From positions 1 to 52,880 of the forward strand of contig CDMY01000551.1 in NCBI GenBank assembly GCA_001179505.1: DNA of 52,880 bases, given 5' to 3'. Source of the stretch: Vitrella brassicaformis CCMP3155 (lineage: Eukaryota; Protista; Chromerida). A model generated the notes under the pieces. It saw only the letters and a program-made list of their open reading frames with translations, did no database searches and was not told where the DNA came from. Position 1 is the first letter of the stretch. Each line of letters starts with the position of its first letter. Shown one piece after another: positions 1 to 10,630 of the stretch. The position numbers and the translations under genes are program-made.

Positions 1-385
1 CCACAAAATCCACAGACCTTACGTTGCATTAACTTAATCCTTTATCCGGGACTGACCGCCCGGCAGATCCTCTCTTCACCATTCTCCCCGACTCTCTCCC
101 ACCTATTCTTACACCCAATGCAACGAAGGGCCTGGCAGCGTCGCGGACTCCGTGCGAGCGAGAGCAGCGGCTCTCTGTGAAAGATCTGCGTGAAAGCAGA
201 GGCAACGACTGCCTGTGAAATCTCTTAAGGCCTGTCTTGCTGCTGCCAAGGTGAGCAGAGAGATCCGCCTCTTCCGTGACACTCATTGCCTGTGCGTTCC
301 CTTTTTTAGCTCGTGTGCAGATCTGTTGCTGATTCATTCATCCCTGCCGCCGGCTGCTCGAGTGGGTAGTACAACACCGTCCGGC

Positions 386-3300
386 ATGGGCCACTGGCGT
401 GTGTATGTGATGGGCGCGCCGCAGACCGGCAAATCATCCTTCATCCAATGCCTCATCAGAGGTGAGTGAATGAGTCGACCAACACTTTGCCGCACACACA
501 CGGCACAAAGAGACAGACACATTCCGGGGTGGGGTGAGTGCAGGTACAGCCACGCCCATCTCTCCGCCCGTCGGCCCGCTGCCACCCATCACCATTTCGT
601 CACGACACCTCCACCACGGCACGCACATCGAGATCGTCGAAACACACGACACAGACCTGCCGCCCGCACAGGAGCTGACGGCAATGGACGGCCGGGCGGG
701 GTTCGTGCTGGTCGTGGACGCTTCTGTCGAGCAGGGCATGATGGACCGCGAGATTGGCGACTGGCTTGGGCGAGTGAGGGCCGTGGGTGCTGGGCCTTGT
801 GTGGTGGTGGTGAACAAGGTGGACATGGTGGGCGTCATGGGCGAGAGGTTCGAAGAGATGAAGAAACGGTGAGTTGAGTGACCGAACAGGCACTCACATA
901 CATGTAGTTGTCTTGCCCACGTCGGCTTGTTTGTCAGGCTGCGCCAGTGGCTGCTTTACCAGGAGGCCATCTCCCACCTGCTGTTCCTCTCCTGCACCCT
1001 CCCCCACGACACGCCATCCATCCTCCCGGCCATCGAACGGGCTCTCTTCATCCCGCCACTCATCACAACCACACCAGAGAGGACCGTCGCTCTCAAGCCG
1101 AGTGTGCTACGAGCGGTGCGTGAGGTGCACCAGTGCTTCGACGGCCGCCTGCGTGGCGTGTGGGAGGACCGTGATCTGGTGGGCTTCCATCTGTGGGGAT
1201 TCAGGGTGGGCCTCGCGACACATGAGGTGGAGAGACTCCGGTGAGAAAGACACACAGGCAGTCTCGATGTGTGTGGAAAGGTCATGTGTGCGTTGCAATG
1301 CACCTTGTGTGTATGGGCGCGGCGCAGGTGTGAGCTGGAGCGTCGGTTTGGGTGTGTCCAGGGGCGGATGACGAGTGACGGGCTGGAGCAGCTCCTACGG
1401 ACTCTCAGTGTGGGCGACACGGCCATTACTGCACACATGGCTCTCAAGGTGAGGGCAGGGCACCAACACGTGGACACTCTCCTCTCCGTGTGTTGTGTAA
1501 ATCTAATCTATCAGTCTCTTGGCTACGATGACGGCTACGACCTGACCCCCCTGGCCGTGCCCCCTCCGCCCCCCGCCCACTCGTACCAACTCACACAGCC
1601 CGCAACGCAATTCCTGACCCAGCTCTTCATCAACCTCGCACAGAACGAAGGGGAAGCTGAGGATGGGGGAGACCCCGCCGCGCTCCATCAACACGAAGGC
1701 CATTCCCCAACGGCCATCATGACGGACAGGCCCCTCTCGTCAGTCCGCTGTCCGCTGTCGGCCCTCATGCGGCCGCCTCACTCGCATGACGGCCCCATCC
1801 TGCCGCCGGAGGTGGTGGATTTCTTCGTGAGCTTGTCTTATCAGTCGATGCCGCCGCCCTCCCGGCTGCAGCACCTGCATATGGGGGAGATGGTGGGTGG
1901 TGGGGAGGGAGGGGTTGACGGTCGTGGTGAGGTCGGTGACGTGTGGGTGGATGGGATGACGTGGCTGGGGGGGTGGAATGCCATGGTCGTCGGGGACCCG
2001 GGCATGGCCGTGCGCGCACTGCGGAGGTGAGAGAGGGACAGGGAGAGGGAGAGGTATGGCATTCTTCTTAGGGGCATGTGCGTTGTGCTGCAGGCTGGGT
2101 TATCGGCCATCACTCCATCCAAAAGCCACACCAGACACTGCAGGTAGGAAGGACGGCACAACACAACACAACGCACAATCACCAGGAGATACAGACCATG
2201 CGTCCCTCCCTCCCTCCCCTGCCTTTCTCTGTTTATCACCTTCAGACCAATCCTCCCGGCCCCCTCCCTCTCCATCCGAGCTCCCCGCGGTCCCCTCCGA
2301 GCCCATCGAGGACTTCCTCTCCACCCTCTCCATGCCAGTCGACATCTCCAAGCGCATCACATTCTCGTGTTTGGTAGTGCTGGAGGGCGGCGAGGAGCAG
2401 GTGGCGGGATATGTGGGCCGGGGTGAGCTGCCCACCCCGCCGCCGTGGGAGAGCGAGGAGCTGCAGGGGACGCGGGCCTTCTGGGGGAGGCAGGTGCAGC
2501 GGCTGCTCGTCGCGGCCGAGAGGGCCGCACATATCAATGGGGGCAAACACAGCAAGGTCAGTAAGGTGATCAGAGGCGCGTCTGTGAGGCTGTTGGTTGG
2601 ATGGAATCTCTCTGCGTGTGTGTGCGTGTATGCCATAGGTGCTGCCCCCTTTGCTGTTCCCTCTGAACAGTGCCAAGAGCGAGTCGGACCGGCGGATCCG
2701 GCAGGCCGACACCTCAGTGTCCCTGCTGCCCCTCCCGGCCTCCCTCACAGCCATCCACACGCACCCACCGATGTCCACATACTACTACACACCTCCGCCA
2801 TCGGTCCCCAGCTCGCCGTTCAACCACCGCCACAACAGCAGCAGCATCAGCCATGACAGCACACACGACGTGGCGGCCAACGAAGCCAAGGCGTGGATGG
2901 TGGTGCTGCCCTACTTCGACAACAGTGGCACTGACAGTGATGCCGCTGGTGATGGGGGAGGAGTGGTTACTGACGTGTGGAACGATATGTGTGGGCGCAT
3001 TGGGCCGACAGACTTCATCGTCGACGTCAGAAGATCCTTGCAGGTGGGTGAATGGGGAGAGGTCACCACACTCAGACACCCAAACATGCATTCATTGTGT
3101 CCCCGTGTGTGTGTGTCTGTCTGCAGGAGCCCCCCAGCGCCACATGGCTGTTCCGCGATGTGCGTCTGAGCGACCCCACCCGCAGGCCACCCCGCCGCCG
3201 CACACCCCTACCCCCTTCCCTACTCACTTCGTATGTACGCCACCACAGAGCTGCCACACAATCAGCCGCATCAGGAGGAGCGACCAGTGGCGCTGCTGGC

Positions 3301-3612
3301 GGCGGCAGTCATCACCACTACCACCACCACCACGGCCCTCCGCCACTGACCTTCGTGGCACTGGAGGGGCTGGCAGAGCTGGAGGAGCAGCTCAGGGGAG
3401 GGGAGAGGGAGGTGTGTCGCCGGCTGAAGCGGTCGCACTCGCCCATGGTGAAGCTGCTGGCTGTGTTGGGGCCGCTGTGTGGGGCTGCAGTGGGTGTGTT
3501 GGTGCTGCTGGGCTTAGTGTACTACTATGAGCGGCGAGGGGGGGGAGGGAGGGGTGGGGGAGTGCTCAATGAGAGGACACGGGAATGGCTGAGGAAGATG
3601 GGCTGGATCTGA
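386..3612 (+). CDS. MIRO: Divergent Miro-like (mitochondrial Rho) GTPase, about 9 exons, with C-terminal tail anchor
   Basis: Manual splicing (386-461, 544-868, 938-1240, 1328-1448, 1515-2026, 2094-2143, 2246-2556, 2639-3043, 3127-3612) stays in frame. It gives the P-loop GAPQTGKS, G4 NKVD, Miro EF-associated segments (ALKPSVLRAVREVHQCFDG; MALKSLGYDDGYDL; LTQPATQFLTQLF), a remnant RITFSCLVV start of GTPase 2, and a C-terminal TM helix LLAVLGPLCGAAVGVLVLLGLVYYY followed by a basic tail. Confidence 0.72.
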
Positions 3613-4101
3613 CGTGACCATGTGATGTGAGACTTTATGATTGTGAGCTTTTTGGGGATTCGTATTGCACTATATTGTACTTCTATAGAATCAATGTCTG
3701 TGTATCCCCACGTCCATCTCTTTGGCTCATCTCAACTACAAAATACTCGCTCACACTCGTTCGCCTCCATCCGTCCATCCATCCACCCATTGTGTGCAAA
3801 GACACAGAGGAAAGGCCTAGGACACATATACGCCTGCACATGTATATATGTCCTAGAACACATACACAAATACACACCGTACCAACTTACTTAGCCCAGC
3901 CAACCACAGGGAGGGAGGAAGAGAGAGATGGAGAGAGAGATGCATAGATACAACACGCACAGGTAGACCAGGTGCGGTGCATGCGCTGGCGAGTGACACG
4001 CCAGCACACATCCACACTGACAAATCCACTTACTGGTGGACGAAAAACGACTCACACATACATACATCATATGCACCATCATGGACACACAAATATGCAC
4101 A

Positions 4102-5373
4102 TCAGATCTTGCCCTCCCGTCGGGTGAGAGTGATGATGAGCCGACTGATCCACCCACGCACCCCACGCCCCTCCTCCCCATTGCTGTCACCACCACCACC
4201 AGCATCTGCGGGTTCGTCTGCCAATGTCTGCTCGGAGGCCGGGCGGGACACAGCGGGGAACCCGACGACCTCCATTTCGATGTTGGTGTTGCAAGCGTCC
4301 TTGCTCACCTGCATCAAACACAGCAGAACAATTGCAGCAGAACATGCATGTGTGTGTGCCCACCTTGACCACACGCAGCGAGCAGTTGCACGGCAGCAGC
4401 ACCTCATACTCGTTCGGGTGTGACGACAGGTGGCTGATCTTGCAGGGCCGATAGCACGCCACCTCCCCACTCCCACTCCCACCCCCGCTCTCGCACCTGA
4501 TGTGGAAGGTCACGCCCTTGCAGAAGTTCTCCGCCACCCCTTTTCTGGTGCTGCTCGACGAGAATGCCGTCCAGGACACCACTGCGCCGGGGGTGCATGC
4601 GGCGAGCTGATCGCGCGTGTGGCTCACGCCGCGGAAGGATGATTTGGTGAACGGGGTGAGGAGGGAGATGTCGGAGCGGAACGCCTCCCGCAGGCAGAGG
4701 ATGTAGGGGGCGTATCGACGCAGCTGCACACGGTCGTCCTCTCGCAAAGCCCTGTTCAGCTGCACACACGCACAGACGAAGCCCACACAGTGACTGACGA
4801 TTAGAACGCCGCCAACGCATCGCATCCATCTGATCTGCGTACCTCTTTATATGACTCGCCCGTGTAGAGCCGCACGCACGCCGAAAGGTACTCCTTATAT
4901 GCGTCTTTGAGCTCCTTGCCGAGCGGCCCCAGCTGCCCCATGCCATCCGACCTCACACTGCCCTTGAGGTGCTCATCGAATGCCGGTGACAGCGGGTGTG
5001 GCAGCGGGGTGCACGCCACATGCCACGCCAGAGATGGGGCGGGAGGGGCAGAGGAGGTGGCCATGGCGGGGCGGCCCGAGATGGTCGTCCTGTATGTGGC
5101 GAAGGCACTGGTGAAGCGCACCAGTGCACGGCGGAGTCGGCGGGCCGTTGCTAGCATGCCTTTCAGCTGCACAGTCCACACACCCACATAAAGGGAACAC
5201 AGAAGTGTCGCATGCAAGCGAATTCTCATCACGGCGGCTTCCCCCCTCGTCCAGCGCAGCCTCACCGGAGGGCCATCGGCATCCCTGAGGCCGCATTTCT
5301 CCAGATCTGCCAGCATCACAGCATCGCTCAAGGTGTGCGGATAGCCTTCGACGACCTCGTCGAACGCCGGCAT
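4102..5373 (-). CDS. Cholera-toxin-like (R-S-E) mono-ADP-ribosyltransferase domain protein, no signal peptide seen
   Basis: Spliced product (introns about 5167-5264, 4760-4842 and 4309-4363) reads RLYTGESYKELNRALRE...SFRG...VSWTAFSSSS...HPNEYEVLLP, i.e. the Arg, S-x-S and E-x-E motifs of ARTC/exoenzyme ARTs. The start at 5373 is uncertain because an acceptor-like site lies just upstream. Confidence 0.8.
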
Positions 5374-5447
5374 GGGTCGTGGGGCTGTCCTGGGAGAGGG
5401 GCAAGGGGCGCAGAAACGAAAAATCATCACAAAGGCGAGGCGTGACA

Positions 5448-5468
5448 AAACTGCGAGCTTGCGAGCTT
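5448..5468 (-). promoter_or_regulatory. Tandem AAGCTCGC motif pair in the ART/GS-HQR divergent promoter
   Basis: GCGAGCTT at 5453-5460 and 5461-5468. The 13-mer at 5448-5460 is the exact reverse complement of 50551-50563. Function is inferred only from position. Confidence 0.4.
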
Positions 5469-5591
5469 AGAATGGTGGATCTCCTTTTGGGCTCTTTTCT
5501 CCGTGTTCTCCTGCTGGCTGGGCCCCTGAGAGCGTTCCAGACATCGCCTCTTCGCCGTTTTTTTATCGGTCCATCGCCCCTCCGAGTCAGC

Positions 5592-7405
5592 ATGAGTACA
5601 GCGGCGAAGACCACCTGGCAGAATGAAATAAGCCAGTCAGCGACGCGATGCACCGGAGGCTGCTGCAAATGCCCTGCTGTGATGAATCTCTGTGTTTGTT
5701 TCTTTGTTTCTTTGTTTCTTTGTTTCTTTGTTTCTTTGTTTCTTTGTTTGTCTGTGCAGGAAGGGGGAGTTTGTCCGCTCTGACGCAGGTGGGGTGCGCG
5801 TCGAGGGGCGGGCGGGCCACAGTCACCGAGTGCAGCAGAATACACTCCACTCACTGTGATTGATGTGCTGTGTAATATTGTGTGTGCAGGATGGCGGAAT
5901 TGGTCAGTCAGCGATACTGATTAATAGGAATGAACGAGTGAGTGTGTGCTGTGGGATGGGATGGCATCCTATGCATTGCAACAGGATCAAGAAGGACGGC
6001 TCTACGCCGTTCCAGCCCGAGGCTGGCCGCTACCACCTCTACGTGTCGTACGCATGCCCGTGGGCCAACAGATGCCTGGCCATGCGCTCACTCAAGGGCC
6101 TCGAAGACGTCATCGGCGTGTCGGTCGTCCACCCCACCATGCAGAGAACACGACCAGGTCAGAGGCATCTGCTCTGCTTGTGTCACCTCACCCTTGTTGT
6201 CATGTCATGATGATGCGATGCGATGCCGTCGTCAGATTTGGACGAGCATGTGGGATGGGCCTTCGCCAAGCCCAAGGACCCCCCCTTCACGAGTGCCTGG
6301 GGCGTGGGGTCATTCGAGTGCGACGCTGCGCTGGTGCCCGATGACGTCAACGGTGCCAAGTTCATCCGAGACCTCTATGAGAAGGCAAAGGACTCGGTCG
6401 GTAAGTACTCGGTGCCTGTCCTGTGGGACAAGAAGCTCAACACCATCTGCAGCAATGGTGAGGGGGCTGGGAGGGTGGGAGGCGGAGAGAGGGGAGGGTA
6501 GGGTGCAATGTGGTTGGTGGTCGGTGCTTGTGCTATGTGTGTGGCGGTTGCAGAGTCGTCAGAGATTATCCGGATGTTCAACTCGGTCAGCCGTGATCAC
6601 ATGCGGTGCAGATGTCGTGTGGTGGGCAGATGTCTGCGCATGTGCCGTTGCTGTGGCTGCCTTTTGCTTTCACAGGAGTTCAATGACGTCGCCAAACATC
6701 CCCAGCTGGACCTCTACCCAGAGGCGCTCAGCAAACAAATCGACGAGGTGGGGGCGGCGGAGAACACTCTCACACCGTCTGCTTTGAAAGTGCAGCAACC
6801 CTTTTTGTCTGCCTGCCTTCAGGTCAACGAGTGGACGTATCCTTCCATCAACAACGGTGTGTATCGGTGCGGCTTCGCCAAGTCGCAGGAGGCACACGAA
6901 AAGGCATCATACGAGCTGTTCGAGGCACTTGATCGTGTCGAGGTGTGCGTGAGTGAACTGCCATCGTGTTCCGTAAGACGTAACTGTTGTCATTTGCTTC
7001 GCTCAGTCGATTTTGTCCAAGCAGCGCTACCTGACCGGCCCGCGGTTCACGGAGGCGGACCTTCGCCTCTTCATGACACTCGTCCGTTTCGATGAGGTCA
7101 GTGGGACGATAGACAGTCCGACAAACACTGTCCCTGTGTGGTGTGGTGTGGTGTGGTGTGGTGTGTGGTTCCTCGTCAGGTGTATGTGGTTCACTTCAAG
7201 TGCAACCAGAAGCGCATCGCTGACCTGCCCAACACCCACGGGTACGTCAAGGAGATCTGCCAGATGCCGGCCATCCAGAAGGTCATCAACATGGACCACA
7301 TCAAGGTGCACTACTACTCATCCCACCAGTCCATCAACCCCTACGCACTCGTGCCAGTCGGTACGCCAGGCACAACCAACACACACACACACTCACACAC
7401 CCACA

Positions 7406-7442
<37 letters not shown>

Positions 7443-7544
7443 CAAAGCGCCCATCTCTTATGTGTGTTGAGTGGCTGTGCAGGCCCCGGTGTGGTGAAGG
7501 AGCTCCTGACGCCCCATGACCGTCATCGGTTCCCCAAGGAATGA
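5592..7544 (+). CDS. ECM4: Glutathionyl-hydroquinone reductase (Xi/omega-like GST, ECM4/YqjG family), about 10 exons
   Basis: Spliced: [30 protein letters not shown]...[16 protein letters not shown]...[10 protein letters not shown]...[11 protein letters not shown]...[11 protein letters not shown]...[23 protein letters not shown]...[19 protein letters not shown]. All splice sites are canonical GT-AG. Confidence 0.95.
5695..5750. repeat. (TTTGTTTC)n octamer tandem repeat in intron 1 of the GS-HQR gene
   Basis: Six perfect units plus one near-perfect unit, read directly. Confidence 0.95.
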
Positions 7545-7967
7545 GTGAACAAACGGACCATGGCTCAGCTACTAGGTGTAGGTAGACAGGCACATCTCTC
7601 GACCGCCTCGAGAGAAGAGAAGGGAAGGGGAGGGGGATCTACTCGAGTGTTTTCTGCTTCTTGGGAGAGCGACGACAGCGCTGGCTTCACACGCGAGTAC
7701 TTCCATTGCATTGCATGCACGGCTTTCTTAGTTGGGTGATGGGCGTAGAAGGCAGCAGAGAGCATTAGTCGGGTGGAATGTCAAGCTGCCTGCGTTGGGT
7801 GTGAACACTGATCTGGAGGACGGGCAATGACAGTTCAAGTGATCTGCCGGGTACGGCCCCATTGCAGTTCCACTGGCTGCAGATCGACCAGCGACGTTTG
7901 ATCGCAAAGCCACTCATCGCTTCTTCTCTTCTCCCCTGGTCCCCTCTGCGCCTCTCTGAGGGCCGTA

Positions 7968-9612
7968 ATGTCCCTTCCCTTCGGCCTGATCTTTGCCTTT
8001 TTCTTGGTCCTCTGTGGTGCTGCGGCCGCGGTCCACCTCGAGAGCTTCGCCCGCTTCGTGCCGACAGAGGGCAGCAGCAGCGATGTGAAGCTGTCCTTCA
8101 GCCACCACCAGACCACTCTGCTGTCCGACGGCGGCGAGGGAGAGGCCATCTTTGTGAGCTCTCTCTTTCCCCTCTTCCCAGGCGATGTGCTCAACACGTG
8201 AGGCACTCACACACAACACCGCACCGCAAGGCTGCACTGCATGTTTGCTCTTGCTTGTAGGTATCCCTTTGACGTGCCGATTCCCTTGCCGCGCCAGCCG
8301 ATGGCAATCCGCTCTCTGTGGGTCGATATTGTCGACGAAAGGAACGTCAGCGTGCCCCTCGATGAGGTAATGCGTCAACGCCGCACACTCACCCACACCC
8401 ACACACACAAGCAGCTGAGGCCGTGTGTGTGCGTGCGTGTGTGTGTGTGTCTTCAGGTCTATACACACCACTGGTCTTTGTTCTACACTTTGCCCGGCGA
8501 CGAAGGCAGAAACCTCGCACGCGCACTCATTGTGGGCGCCGAGACCAGGGGTCAGTCACCACTGCACACACAGGCAGTATAGTTCGCTGCATGGTGGCCT
8601 GTTGGTTGCTCTGTCAGGGACGCCGATGATATCGCTGAGCCCCCCTTTTGCCTTCACGACGACCGGCGAGGAGTCCTGGTGGCTCAACATGCACCTGCTG
8701 AGGACAGACAACGTGACCAATGTGCGAGCCTGCCTTCAGGTGATCACACAGCCACAGACACACAACACAACACACCAATTGGCCACGCAATGCTGCTTGT
8801 TTGTGCCCTTCAGTGCCGCTGCGCCCCCGACGGCCGTCACGGGTCGCTGAAGTGCTGCCAAGACGGCACCCACTGCCACATTTCGTTCGAGGGCCAGCGA
8901 TACTGACCCTTTTGACGACCCCGCCCACTGCCCAGACTGCAACTCAAACACCGATGACATCTTCCGGCCGCCAATCCACCTCTTCTACTTCGGCACCAGC
9001 CCAGCCGCCAAGTACTATCGCGTTAGGTACACTGTCCGCTACGGCGATGTCACCCCGGACGTCAAGCCAGTCCGCGCCAACATGGGCCTCGACATCGTCA
9101 AGGGCAAACAGGAGTACAACGTCTTCCCATGCGCCCCCAAAGAGAGTGAGCCTCTCGCCGCCTTGCGGCGGCTGCTGTTCGGCGGGGAGGACAGCGAGTG
9201 AGTCCACACCAAGAGGGTGACTGTCGTCGTCAACCAGCCCTTCCATCTGATCACTGTCCGCTCCCACCTGCACGTGGGCGGCACCAGTGCGTCTGTGGCC
9301 GGCGTGAGGGAGCAGTGGCAGTGCGACATGCGGGCCATCTACGGCACCACGCCACGCAAGGCTGGCGACGAGCTGGGCTATGTGACGGGCATCACCCAGT
9401 GCAACTACGGTGAGGGCGAGAGGGTGCTGCAGACGGGCGACTTGATGCGGGCGACAGTGCACTACCAGCGCGACAGACACTATGCCGGTGTGATGGGCGC
9501 TGTTTTGTTCGTGGGGTACTACCCCGGCGACACGGCGGCATCGACGTCATGGGAACTCTCGGCCAAGCAGGTGTCCTACGTCAACGAGACGGACAGTGAT
9601 GTGCGTGTGTGA
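7968..9612 (+). CDS. Secreted SURNod19 (stress up-regulated Nod19) / copper type II monooxygenase-like protein. Contains a frame break (about 8885-9000) and an in-frame TGA (9199-9201), so it may be a selenoprotein, alternatively spliced, or a pseudogene
   Basis: Signal peptide [21 protein letters not shown]. Family-like motifs recalled from plant SURNod19: [68 protein letters not shown]...[21 protein letters not shown]. Confidence 0.8.
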
Positions 9613-10258
9613 ATGAGTGTGTGAATGTGTGAATGTGTGAATGTGTGAGGGGAGACATGTTCAGATAAGATTTGAGTCGTGCCTGTGGGTGGGGTGTGTC
9701 AAGCGCTCCACTGCGAATGCGGCGACAAAGAGAACTTGATGGCGTCGTGTCAATCGCCACCAAGTGAGCTTTGTGGCCGTCGGCTCAGTGGACCTCGTGA
9801 CACGAACCACATGCAAGTAACGCATTTGGGGTGCGGGCCGTTTTGCCGTTTTTGATGCGTGTATGTGTCTCTGTGTGTGTGTGTGAGTGTGTGTCTGGCG
9901 GTGTGGTGTCGCGACTCAGATGAAATCGGTGTCAGTGGCAATGTCGTCCCTCTGAGATGTCGATGAGCTGTAACTCATTTGGAGGGCTGGGAGGCAGCGA
10001 GGCAGCGAGAACAGAACTGCTGAGAGGCAGGCCGTATGCGCCCCTTCTTGCGAATCTGTGTGTGTGGCGGGTGCCCGCTTGTTTTTTGTATTAGTGATGT
10101 ATTGGGTGGGGGCGGGGGTCGAGGGAATGGGTCTGTGGGCACCAAGGGCAGTTAGCCGAGACGTCCATCTGAGTAGCGATGTGCACCACCCTGACGTGAC
10201 TCGTCGACGTTTTCGTTATGGGGCGAAATGACCAAATGCCGTGTGTGTCACTGTTCGT

Positions 10259-10630
10259 GTGTCTGGTGGGTGTCCTTGGCCGTCACTCTCGGACGTCGTC
10301 TTGTGTGTCGGCTCATTCCGTCCCGCAGACTTCGTGTGTGAGTGGGGGCGGAGGACACCTAACGGACACAGACGAGAGAGAGAATGGCCACACTCCGTGT
10401 CAACTAGCCTGACAGACAGGGGGCTGCTCGTGACCCATGTGTGTGTACTTGATGTGTCTCGTTGGTGTGATCCTCTGTGTGCGGCTGCGTCCTTTTGTCG
10501 TTGTCGGTGTACCGGCCCTCATCACTGTGACGGCTCAGTGGTGGGGCTCCGTAAACTGACGCCGGCTGAAGGACGCACACGTGCGAGAGGGATGACTGGT
10601 GCGATGGACGACTGCATCAATATCGGTGCA
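10259..10630. repeat. Dispersed repeat, copy 1 (about 370 bp; homologous to 13951-14326)
   Basis: Colinear with copy 2 from gtgtctggtgggtg to atatcggtgca. The last 56 nt (10575-10630) are identical between copies. Confidence 0.92.

Noticed and set aside
4973-5854. 293-aa minus-strand ORF with KKQRNKET repeats
   Set aside because: It is the antisense translation of the (TTTGTTTC)n intron repeat and exons of the GS-HQR gene.
9146-9202. 57-nt intron (GTGAGC...GAG) as a way to remove the TGA while keeping the HxH motif
   Set aside because: It needs a GAG acceptor with no pyrimidine or TG tract, and the removed sequence has coding-like codons. Unlikely but not excluded.
9648-9850. Two other SECIS-like hairpins (GGGA-type at about 9650-9690; GTGA-type at about 9797-9840)
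   Set aside because: Both have AA about 13 nt from the 5' core but lack the required GA on the 3' strand.
10541-10600. tRNA-derived SINE origin for the dispersed repeat (GGCTCAGTGG resembles box A)
   Set aside because: There is no convincing box B (GTTCRA), box A is altered in copy 2, and it lies in the 3' half rather than at the 5' end.
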